A DNA stretch of 64,000 nt, taken from positions 192,001 through 256,000 of the forward strand of contig JBEPYN010000001.1 in the NCBI GenBank assembly GCA_041641305.1. The letters are read 5' to 3'. The notes beneath the pieces are model-generated. The model did no database searches, was not told where the DNA came from, and saw nothing but the letters and a program-made list of their open reading frames with translations. Both the position numbers and the translations under genes were made by a program. Positions 28,154-35,808 of this stretch are shown here, piece after piece (the first letter of the stretch is position 1; each line of letters starts with the position of its first letter). This stretch comes from Nitrososphaerota archaeon (GTDB lineage: Archaea > Thermoproteota > Nitrososphaeria_A > Caldarchaeales > Caldarchaeaceae).

Positions 28154-29353
28154 ATGCGGAGTAATTGGGAGATTTTGCAGAAGCTTTCGAAGATAGAGAG
28201 ACAATATATACATAGTCTTATGAAATCTTCGGACCCGGCATCTATCCAATACTATACCGGATGGCATCATGCGTTGGAGTGGGTGAGTAAAAGAGGCGAT
28301 CAGGTAATCGTGGACGGCGTCGTCGGCACAGGTCGATGCAGCGGCTGTGCTGCATGTGTAGCGGTCTGTCCCACCAACGTTTTCGACTATGTTGAAGATC
28401 ATCCCGTCAACACGCGTCTCAACCACTGCATAGAATGCGACCTTTGCGTAGAAGCATGTCCGGAACTCCACCTATCTGATGAGGAAGTTAGTCTCAAGAG
28501 CCTTGACAGCTACGCGGAACATGACAATGGATTTGGACGGTATGGTGAAGCATATCTGAGCAGAAGCACTGACAACGAGATACTGAAGAGGTCCCAGGAT
28601 GGTGGGACAGTTTCAGCACTTCTCATATATGCATTGAAGGAAAACATAATCGATGCGGCCGCCCTATCCACTACCGCACCTGAGCAACCGTTGAAACCCA
28701 TACCCAAACTCGTCTTCGAGCCAGAGGATGTTTTAACCTGCGCTGGCTCAAGATACACCTATGCACCGAATCTGCTGGCGTTGAAGGAGGCTTTTGAAAA
28801 AGGTGTGGAAAGGCTTGGTGTTGTGGGTGTGCCTTGTCAAATAAACGGCCTCAGATATCTGCAGCATTCAGTTCCCGACATCAAATATGCGGAATGGTTC
28901 AAACAACACATCGTCTTCAACATTGGATTGTTCTGCTCCGAGGTCTTCACATATAGCGGGTTGATGAAATACTTCACCGAAATCGGAGTAAACCCCAGCG
29001 AGGTAGCCAAAATAAACATCAAAGGGAAAGTAATCATTTCTCTCAAAAACGGAGAAGAGATTGTCAAACCCCTTAAACCTCTTCACAAGTATGAGAGGCC
29101 CGCGTGCAGGTTCTGCAAAGATTACGCAGCTGAAAATGCTGACATATCCGTTGGTGGACTGGCTACACAAGGCTGGACAATAACCGTGCTCAGAACACGT
29201 GTTGGAAAAAACCTTTTCGAGGACGCCGTTAACAGAGGTTATCTAGAGATAAACGAGCTTTCTCTCGAGAATAACTCAGTTAAGCTTCTGAAAAAACTAT
29301 GTCAACAGAAAAGGGAAAGAATTTCTCCGTTATTTTTCGCTGAAAACGTTTAA
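28154..29353 (+). CDS. FrhB/FdhB-family protein with N-terminal 2[4Fe-4S] domain (FpoF/FqoF-like architecture)
   Basis: CSGCAACVAVCP, CIECDLCVEACP, SQDGGTVS, AGSRY, VGVPCQ, IGLFC, CRFCKD, ADISVG. Confidence 0.9.
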   Translation: MRSNWEILQKLSKIERQYIHSLMKSSDPASIQYYTGWHHALEWVSKRGDQVIVDGVVGTGRCSGCAACVAVCPTNVFDYVEDHPVNTRLNHCIECDLCVEACPELHLSDEEVSLKSLDSYAEHDNGFGRYGEAYLSRSTDNEILKRSQDGGTVSALLIYALKENIIDAAALSTTAPEQPLKPIPKLVFEPEDVLTCAGSRYTYAPNLLALKEAFEKGVERLGVVGVPCQINGLRYLQHSVPDIKYAEWFKQHIVFNIGLFCSEVFTYSGLMKYFTEIGVNPSEVAKINIKGKVIISLKNGEEIVKPLKPLHKYERPACRFCKDYAAENADISVGGLATQGWTITVLRTRVGKNLFEDAVNRGYLEINELSLENNSVKLLKKLCQQKRERISPLFFAENV

Positions 29354-29377
29354 ATAACCATTTAAACACGAGTATTC

Positions 29378-29584
29378 ATGCCTAGAAAAAGTCTATCCCA
29401 GAGAATCGTAGAAGCACTTGAACTTGCTGAACAATTGAGAAAAGTTTCAGAGAAATTACCTCCCGATATCAGACAAACAATCATACAATATTCGCAGATT
29501 TCCCAGACCAGGAGGAGACGCCGCTCCAGAAAAAGGGGAAAAATCAGTGGAAGAAAACGAAAAACAGAACCCGCTTCGGCTTAG
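29378..29584 (+). CDS. Small protein with N-terminal helical region and Arg/Lys-rich tail
   Basis: 68 aa, TRRRRRSRKRGKISGRKRK tail; TTTAAA boxes upstream. Confidence 0.65.
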   Translation: MPRKSLSQRIVEALELAEQLRKVSEKLPPDIRQTIIQYSQISQTRRRRRSRKRGKISGRKRKTEPASA

Positions 29585-29839
29585 CTAACCTTTTTTCAGC
29601 TCCTCGTCCAACTCCTTCTCTATTTCTTCAAGCGGCTTAGGCGGCGGCGTGGTCGCCAGAGTGTATCCTATCCATGCTATTATTCCGAGCACTCCTCCAA
29701 CCGCCACGATACCCGTTAGTTTTAAAACAATTGTGTCAAGTCCGGGGATGGGTGGTAGAAAGAGAGCCCATGCATAGAGTATTATTCCTGCGATGCTTAC
29801 AACCATGAGAAGTGCTCCGATGGTCTGGTCTCTAGCCAT
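29585..29839 (-). CDS. Small two-TM membrane protein
   Basis: Two TM helices followed by WIGYTLATTPPPKPLEEIE, a pattern I recall from conserved archaeal hypotheticals. Confidence 0.8.
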   Translation of the reverse strand: MARDQTIGALLMVVSIAGIILYAWALFLPPIPGLDTIVLKLTGIVAVGGVLGIIAWIGYTLATTPPPKPLEEIEKELDEELKKG

Positions 29840-29901
29840 AGCGTTATGATAACTATGTAGGGATATAAATTTAACTTTACCTTTGCGAAGGTGAAAACGA
29901 A

Positions 29902-30372
29902 TTGAGCAAGGAGAAAGTCGTCAAGGTAAAAATCCGGCACGGGGAGAACGAGGTTGAGTTTACTGGAGATAAGGAAGAGGTGTGGACGCTGGTTAACCGA
30001 TATTTTTCCGAGCGTCTAGGCCCGGTTGAGGCTGTTGCAAAGCTCAGTGGACAAGTTGATTTGAACAATTTGCTCGACAAGCTTGCCGGAAAAGTAGTTG
30101 TAAACAACAGCGGCATAGACGTCGTCGCCAACGTCGACACAAAGAAAAAGATTGTTTACTGTCTTGCGGGAGCATATGTGGGCCATCGGCTGGGGATTCT
30201 GGACTCGGATGGTCTCAACCCTAAACGGGTGGCGCAGATACTGCACATCGATGAGAAAGTGGCCCGCGCTCGTCTCAGCGACCTCTGGAAAGAAGGTGTT
30301 GTTGACCGCGACGAAGAAGGGCGTTACTTTTTTAAGCCTTCAATAGGGTTGAGAATCTTTGAAGGTGAGTGA
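29902..30372 (+). CDS. Winged-helix protein, paralog A
   Basis: N-terminal KVKIRHGENEVEFTGDKEEV; C-terminal wHTH (VAQILHIDEKVARARLSDLWKEGVV..GRY). Confidence 0.8.
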   Translation: MSKEKVVKVKIRHGENEVEFTGDKEEVWTLVNRYFSERLGPVEAVAKLSGQVDLNNLLDKLAGKVVVNNSGIDVVANVDTKKKIVYCLAGAYVGHRLGILDSDGLNPKRVAQILHIDEKVARARLSDLWKEGVVDRDEEGRYFFKPSIGLRIFEGE

Positions 30373-30375
30373 CGG

Positions 30376-30852
30376 TTGTTGAAGGTTTCTATCAATTACG
30401 GTGATTTGCGTGCCGAATTCGAAGGTGATCCGGCGGAAGTTTACCAAAGCGTTGTAAGGTTTTTGGAGAAAAACATTCCAGCCTATTCGCTGGCCTCGAG
30501 GCTCCGCAGCTCCACCGGCCTTGAGGAGATTCTTGATAAAATTAAGGACTGGGTGAGCTATGACTCCTCGCACGGAATTTATCTAAGGACTGATTTGTCC
30601 AAGCTTCCTACCGCTGAAGCGCTTCTACTCTTTGCTTCAACACGTTACCTCAACAAATTGCTTGGTCACTCTGAAAGCTGGGAATTTCTCGCTTCAGAGG
30701 CTGCTTCAGCTCTCGGCAAACCTGAGAAAACGGTTTCGGGCCGCCTTTCAGAGCTCGTGCAGAAAAGTTTGTTGAAACGGGTTGGACGCGGCGGCTACAC
30801 CATCACACCCTACGGACTCGACTATATTGTGGAGTTCTCATCAAAACGCTGA
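30376..30852 (+). CDS. Winged-helix protein, paralog B
   Basis: KVSINYGDLRAEFEGDPAEV; wHTH (AASALGKPEKTVSGRLSELVQKSLL..GGYTITPYG). Confidence 0.8.
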   Translation: MLKVSINYGDLRAEFEGDPAEVYQSVVRFLEKNIPAYSLASRLRSSTGLEEILDKIKDWVSYDSSHGIYLRTDLSKLPTAEALLLFASTRYLNKLLGHSESWEFLASEAASALGKPEKTVSGRLSELVQKSLLKRVGRGGYTITPYGLDYIVEFSSKR

Positions 30853-31232
30853 GCTACAGATGTTTTTTTCGACAAGTAAATATAGCGTCGAGGTTCACCA
30901 ACTCTCTCCAGCTTTCCTTCTCTTACGAGGTCGAGCAACACATGTGCCACAGCTGTTGTGTCGTATAGGAAGCCGCGTCTCTCGAGCTCGGAGACAACTT
31001 CCGCGAGTGTCCTGCCTGTTTGAAGCCATCCATCGGCTAACAATTCTTCCACAGCTCTCTTGCATGTGATGGGCTTACGTGTTTGTGTCTGTGGTTGCGG
31101 GGTAGTGGCCGGCTCGGTTGAGCGGATGGCGGCGATTGTGTTTTTGACTGCTTCTTCTATTTTGTCGACTGGAGCCTCTATCTCGACTGTTATGTTGCCG
31201 ATGTTGATTTTGATTTTGGCTGTTGTTGTCAC
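30822..31232 (-). CDS. Winged-helix protein, paralog C
   Basis: KIKINIGNITVEIEAPVDKI, Pro/Thr/Gln linker, wHTH (TLAEVVSEL..VAHVLLDLVREGKLERVG..Y). Confidence 0.8.
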   Translation of the reverse strand: MTTTAKIKINIGNITVEIEAPVDKIEEAVKNTIAAIRSTEPATTPQPQTQTRKPITCKRAVEELLADGWLQTGRTLAEVVSELERRGFLYDTTAVAHVLLDLVREGKLERVGEPRRYIYLSKKTSVAQRFDENSTI

Positions 31233-31247
31233 CTGTTTTCCTGTTGT

Positions 31248-31328
31248 TGTTCATGTTGCGCAATATTTAAATACTTCAACAACTCCAATTTTGCATGGAA
31301 TTGTTGAACATCATGAGCAACCTGAACA
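31248..31328. promoter_or_regulatory. Divergent promoter with palindromic TATA and nested inverted repeats
   Basis: TATTTAAATA (31264-31273); IR TTCAACAACTCCA/TGGAATTGTTGAA (31275-31287, 31296-31308); IR TGTTCATGTTGC/GCAACCTGAACA (31248-31259, 31317-31328). Confidence 0.6.
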
Positions 31329-32320
31329 TTCAACAACATAACCTCCACACCCTCCTCAAAACATTCACCCAAACAACCCAAACGAGCCTAAACACGTTGA
31401 AAAACAGTGCCGTCGCCATAGACACGGAGTCATCGGACAACCAAGACGACGCTCCTCTGCTAGACCTAGACGGATGTGACGCGCTGCCTCTTGAGCCGTC
31501 GGGGTCAAGGGTCCCTGTTGTCGCCTGCGACATGTCCACCGTGAAGATCGCTGACTCGGTTGAGGGGGGACTCTGGGCTGTCCGCGGAAGTATTGTGAGG
31601 AAAAATGTTTCTGGGTTGGAGGTGGTGATGGTCGGCCCTTTTGTCTACACCGTGTCTCCACGTAACGTGGAGATGATACTCTCATCGCTTTTAGATGTCT
31701 TGGGCGTGGACGGTAAACCTCCATCATACAATCAGACCACCGCCCCCAAACTTGTAGGAAACCTTTTCGAAAAAGTTCTCCAGCTACATGCTTCACAGAT
31801 TATGGAAGGTGGAATTCTTCTGCTCGACGGTGCGCTTACAGCAGGTCCCGCCGACAGCCCGGTTGAGGTTGTCGCCCGCATAGTTGAGTCCTCGCATCGC
31901 CACGGCCTCGGTGTAGCTGCTTTCTCAAAGTCAACCACTTTGACTCTTCAGGGTCGCAACATTCTCTCGGTCGAAGGCTCCATGACACCGCCCTATGTAG
32001 TCAGGCTACCGCCACGCAGGACAGGACGTTGGCCAGTTTACTGCGGCTCGATATACGTAGCTCATCTCTCCCCCCGATATTTCCCGTTCAGAGTCGATGT
32101 ATCGGCCGCTGACGACGTACAGCTCTTCAACCACCTTCTCTCGAGTGAAGCAATCATTTACGGCTACCCAGAGTCGCTTATACTGGCGCATCAGCTTGCG
32201 AAGCTCAGCAGGCTTGATATACTCACAATATGTGCTAGGCTCGAAGCCGTTCACAAAATCAGGTTCACGCAATCACCGTCGCTCAGGAGCTCGCTCTTCG
32301 GGCCACTGACCCACTCGTGA
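31295..32320 (+). CDS. NurA-domain nuclease
   Basis: ACDMS, LLLDGAL, SKST, FRVD, GYPESLILAH NurA motifs; start uncertain (31295 or 31313). Confidence 0.82.
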   Translation: MELLNIMSNLNIQQHNLHTLLKTFTQTTQTSLNTLKNSAVAIDTESSDNQDDAPLLDLDGCDALPLEPSGSRVPVVACDMSTVKIADSVEGGLWAVRGSIVRKNVSGLEVVMVGPFVYTVSPRNVEMILSSLLDVLGVDGKPPSYNQTTAPKLVGNLFEKVLQLHASQIMEGGILLLDGALTAGPADSPVEVVARIVESSHRHGLGVAAFSKSTTLTLQGRNILSVEGSMTPPYVVRLPPRRTGRWPVYCGSIYVAHLSPRYFPFRVDVSAADDVQLFNHLLSSEAIIYGYPESLILAHQLAKLSRLDILTICARLEAVHKIRFTQSPSLRSSLFGPLTHS

Positions 32321-32327
32321 CCCGGAG

Positions 32328-33794
32328 ATGAAGATTTTACAGAAACGTGGGGAAACTCTTGAGCTTCTCTGCACCCCATCTGAGCTCGAGTTCGAGATAG
32401 GAGATTACATCAGATTAGGTGAAGGCGACAGCTTTCTGCTGGCTCAGGTTGTCGACGTAGGTTATGTTGATTTGCCTGGGGGAGTGGAGGAGCTTTTGAG
32501 AGAGCTGATCGTCTCTGAGATAGATGGTGTTTCGTCGCTCGACCCATACAACACTTCCTCGCTTTCCATGATGGTTCGTGAAGTAAGATGCGTAACCGCG
32601 AAGGTTCGAGCCGTGTTCCACACCGGATTACTGGCTCAGACTTCTCCATGGCTGCCAAGCCGCTACACGGCCACCCAAGAAAAGGCCGGGCCCCAGCTCC
32701 TCCACCAGCTCATACTCGGAGAAGAAAAGCAATTCCTCTTCTGCCCAGGCACAGTCGGAGGAGAGCCGATCAACCTCCCGTTAACCAGGCTCGACGGCAG
32801 CCTGACAATCATAACAGGGAAGAAAGAGAGCGGAAAATCGCATCTCGCGAAAATAATTGTTGAGGGAATCGTGTCAAATGGAGGAACAGTTCTCGTGCTC
32901 GATGTCAACGGCGAATATCTGTATCTCGATAAAAGGGTTGACGGCGGCAGAAGCAACCTCGCAGACGCTCTAACGGTTCTGCATCCGGGCAGAAACTTCA
33001 CCACCTCGCTGGGTATGATGGGTTTGAAGACCTTCCACGACATCATGGAGCATGTCTACGGGACACCTGCCACAAGCCTTAGAGAACTTGGAAGAATTTG
33101 GAAAAAGCTCGAAAAAACGTGTGGAGATTTCGGTCTCGAGGACCTTATGGATGCCGTGGAAAACGAGCCGATGAACGAGGCGGTGCGTGAAGCTCTCCTC
33201 TCGAGGCTGGAGAGCATAAACTCCTCCGGCTTCATCTCCGACGGCGACCCCACCGACCTCGCAGAACTCCTCAACCCAAGGCCCTCGGGAAATGTCACAG
33301 TTGTTAACCTCTCCAAGCTGCTACCAAGCACCAGAAGACTGGTCGTCGAATATCTACTCAGCCATCTCTCAACACTTCTCTCGTCAAACAAGATTGAGCC
33401 TCTATTCCTTTTGGCTGAAGAAGCACATCTCTATCTTCGGGAAACCTACTGGGAAGACCTGGTAACAAGAATGAGACACATCGGGATGTTCCCCATCTTC
33501 GTGACAAACCAGCCAGACACAATACCCGAGCTGGTCTACAGACAGGCCGACAACATTTTTCTCTTCAACTTCACAAACGACACAGACCTCGAGAAAATAT
33601 CCAAAATATCGAAAATCGACTCCGAGACCGTGAAGCTGCTGGTGAAGAAGATGCCGCCACGACGCTGCCTCGTCCTCGGCAAAATAGTCTCCGACATTCC
33701 TCTAATGCTGAAGGTGCGAACAAGCAATCTCATGACGATGGGTCAAACCAAGCTTTTCTTTAAAAGGCGCTCAGAAGCCACAGTGCGTGGATGA
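32328..33794 (+). CDS. HerA-like (DUF87/COG0433) ATPase
   Basis: HAS-barrel-like N-terminus, Walker A GKKESGKS, LDVNGEY, Walker B LLAEEAH, RMRHIG, TNQP. Confidence 0.88.
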   Translation: MKILQKRGETLELLCTPSELEFEIGDYIRLGEGDSFLLAQVVDVGYVDLPGGVEELLRELIVSEIDGVSSLDPYNTSSLSMMVREVRCVTAKVRAVFHTGLLAQTSPWLPSRYTATQEKAGPQLLHQLILGEEKQFLFCPGTVGGEPINLPLTRLDGSLTIITGKKESGKSHLAKIIVEGIVSNGGTVLVLDVNGEYLYLDKRVDGGRSNLADALTVLHPGRNFTTSLGMMGLKTFHDIMEHVYGTPATSLRELGRIWKKLEKTCGDFGLEDLMDAVENEPMNEAVREALLSRLESINSSGFISDGDPTDLAELLNPRPSGNVTVVNLSKLLPSTRRLVVEYLLSHLSTLLSSNKIEPLFLLAEEAHLYLRETYWEDLVTRMRHIGMFPIFVTNQPDTIPELVYRQADNIFLFNFTNDTDLEKISKISKIDSETVKLLVKKMPPRRCLVLGKIVSDIPLMLKVRTSNLMTMGQTKLFFKRRSEATVRG

Positions 33795-34414
33795 GAACAT
33801 CGACAATATTGTCAAAGCTTCCGGTATATCAAGACGAAATCAATGCTGTAATCCGGCAATTTAGGCGAAATTTTTTCGATGAAGAGAAGATTTTGGCGGA
33901 GCTTGTATATTGCTTATGCACTCCTCAGACCAAGGCGGTAAACGCTTTGAAAGCTGTTGAAAAACTTTTCGAGAGCGGAGACCTGTGGAGTGGTGAAGTG
34001 TCGGAGATAGAATCTGTTCTGAGGAGCTCGGGTGTAAGGTTTCACAGGACAAAGGCTCGGCATATTGTTTCTGCCTTGAATGTGTTTGATGATGTTCTGG
34101 CCGTTGTTAGGAGTGGTAGGTCGCATGTGGAGATTAGGGGTTTTCTGGTTGATGGTGTAGAGGGGTTGGGTATGAAGGAGGCGAGCCATTTTCTCCGCAA
34201 CATAGGGTTCGACGGCCTAGCTATCCTCGACCGACACATACTCAGATACATGGCTGCCAACGGATTAATCGACATGGTGAAGTTGTCTCCTTCAGGGGGC
34301 AGATATCTTGCTTATGAGAAAAAATTTGTAAACCACGCAGAGAGATTCGGCTTGTCGCCTGCCGAGCTTGACCTGTTGATCTGGGCCTCTGCAACAGGAC
34401 GTGTCGTGAAATGA
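33791..34414 (+). CDS. ogg: 8-oxoguanine DNA glycosylase/AP lyase (Ogg2)
   Basis: ELVYCLCTPQ, RFHRTKA, GLGMKEASHFLRNIG, AILDRH, ELDLLIW. Confidence 0.92.
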   Translation: MRTSTILSKLPVYQDEINAVIRQFRRNFFDEEKILAELVYCLCTPQTKAVNALKAVEKLFESGDLWSGEVSEIESVLRSSGVRFHRTKARHIVSALNVFDDVLAVVRSGRSHVEIRGFLVDGVEGLGMKEASHFLRNIGFDGLAILDRHILRYMAANGLIDMVKLSPSGGRYLAYEKKFVNHAERFGLSPAELDLLIWASATGRVVK

Positions 34415-35343
34415 GTGTCCAACTATCACAAGACCTGCGGAGTTTTCTTGAAGCAATCATTTCCGATAGGCTGGACATGCTCCTCGAAGCATACGCCAAG
34501 CCTCTGCCAGATTCCTTCCGTGTTAACACCCTCAAGATAGAGTTGGAAGAGTGTCTGAAACTTCTCCAAGACGAGGGGTTGACTGTCAAAAGAATCCCTT
34601 TCACTTTTGACGGTTTTTATGCGGAGCCTGAGGGGGTGTTGACTGTTTCTCTCTGGCACATGCTGGGCTATGTATATGCACAGGGCCCCGTCTCAATCCT
34701 CGTCACCGAGCTTCTGGATGTTGAGCCCGGTCACATGGTTCTCGACCTCTGCGCAGCCCCCGGCAGCAAAACAACACACATAGCCGCGAAGCTTGGTGGC
34801 AGGGGTGTGGTTGTGGCAAACGATGTGTCGAGGACACGTATCAAGGCTCTCTCATCAAATATGCAGAGGTGCGGTGTTGTGAACGGTGTGTTGACCCTCG
34901 CCGACGGGAGGAGGTTCGGCTACAAGTATAGGGAGATGTTTGACAGAGTTTTGGTTGATGCGCCGTGCACCTCTCTCGGGATAGGCTCCAAGGATTGGAG
35001 TGTTCTAAGAAACTGGACCAGCGGTTCCTCGATGAGGCTGGCCAGGCTTCAGACAAGCCTCTTGTTCTCGGGCTACATGGCGCTTAAGCCCGGTGGAGTT
35101 CTCATATACTCTACCTGCACTCTCCACCCCCTCGAAAACGAGGCCGTCGTGAACAGTTTGCTGGAGAAATTTGAGGAGGCCGAGGTGCTTCCGATTACGC
35201 TACACGGTCTTGGGTATGACCAAGGGTTTAGTGAATGGGGTGGCCGAAGTTTTTCGCCGGAGATGTGTAAAACGGTTAGGATATGGCCATTCCAGAGCGG
35301 CGCCGAAGGCTTCTACATAGCCAAAATAAGAAAGCCGGGGTGA
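34411..35343 (+). CDS. RsmB/NOP2-family RNA m5C methyltransferase
   Basis: DLCAAPGSKT, LVDAPC, YSTCTL.P.ENE, GFYIAKIRK. Confidence 0.93.
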   Translation: MSVQLSQDLRSFLEAIISDRLDMLLEAYAKPLPDSFRVNTLKIELEECLKLLQDEGLTVKRIPFTFDGFYAEPEGVLTVSLWHMLGYVYAQGPVSILVTELLDVEPGHMVLDLCAAPGSKTTHIAAKLGGRGVVVANDVSRTRIKALSSNMQRCGVVNGVLTLADGRRFGYKYREMFDRVLVDAPCTSLGIGSKDWSVLRNWTSGSSMRLARLQTSLLFSGYMALKPGGVLIYSTCTLHPLENEAVVNSLLEKFEEAEVLPITLHGLGYDQGFSEWGGRSFSPEMCKTVRIWPFQSGAEGFYIAKIRKPG

Positions 35344-35352
35344 GCCGCGTAA

Positions 35353-35808
35353 TTGAAAAAAATGGAGAAACACGAGCTTCAGAATTTTGCTGATGAGGTG
35401 TTGAAGAGCTTCGGGGCAAAGCTACTGACAGAGAAGCATGTTTTCGTGAAGACAGGTGAGGGAAAGATAAGGGCGATGACTGAGGAAACATTTCGGGCCG
35501 CCTCATTTTTCAGAGGAGTGATGAACGCAGGTGTCTACGTGGCTAAGCAGAGGAAGAACTTTGTAACCCTCACTATTGAGGGCTGTAAGTTTGTATCGCT
35601 TCTCCCCGGGGCCCATGTGGTCGAGCTCACGAAGGAGGATGCCGTTAAGTGGATGAGAGGTGACCCGGTAAATGTCGGGATACAAAGCCATAAAACAGTG
35701 ATAGGCCGCTATAGAGAACATCTTCTCGGAACAGCCGTGGTTGATATCAACGGCGTTGCATATCCACAGGTGCCAAAGTGGCGGCGGCTACCTCCCGACA
35801 CTAGCTGA
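35353..35808 (+). CDS. NIP7/PUA-like partner of NOL1/NOP2 methylase
   Basis: LTIEG, VELTKEDAVKWMRG, VPKWRR; directly downstream of the m5C MTase. Confidence 0.7.
   Translation: MKKMEKHELQNFADEVLKSFGAKLLTEKHVFVKTGEGKIRAMTEETFRAASFFRGVMNAGVYVAKQRKNFVTLTIEGCKFVSLLPGAHVVELTKEDAVKWMRGDPVNVGIQSHKTVIGRYREHLLGTAVVDINGVAYPQVPKWRRLPPDTS

Noticed and set aside
26137-34414. Possible integrated element anchored at tRNA-Glu or tRNA-Ile
   Set aside because: No integrase or transposase and no duplicated tRNA 3' end (att site) seen; flanking genes are housekeeping.
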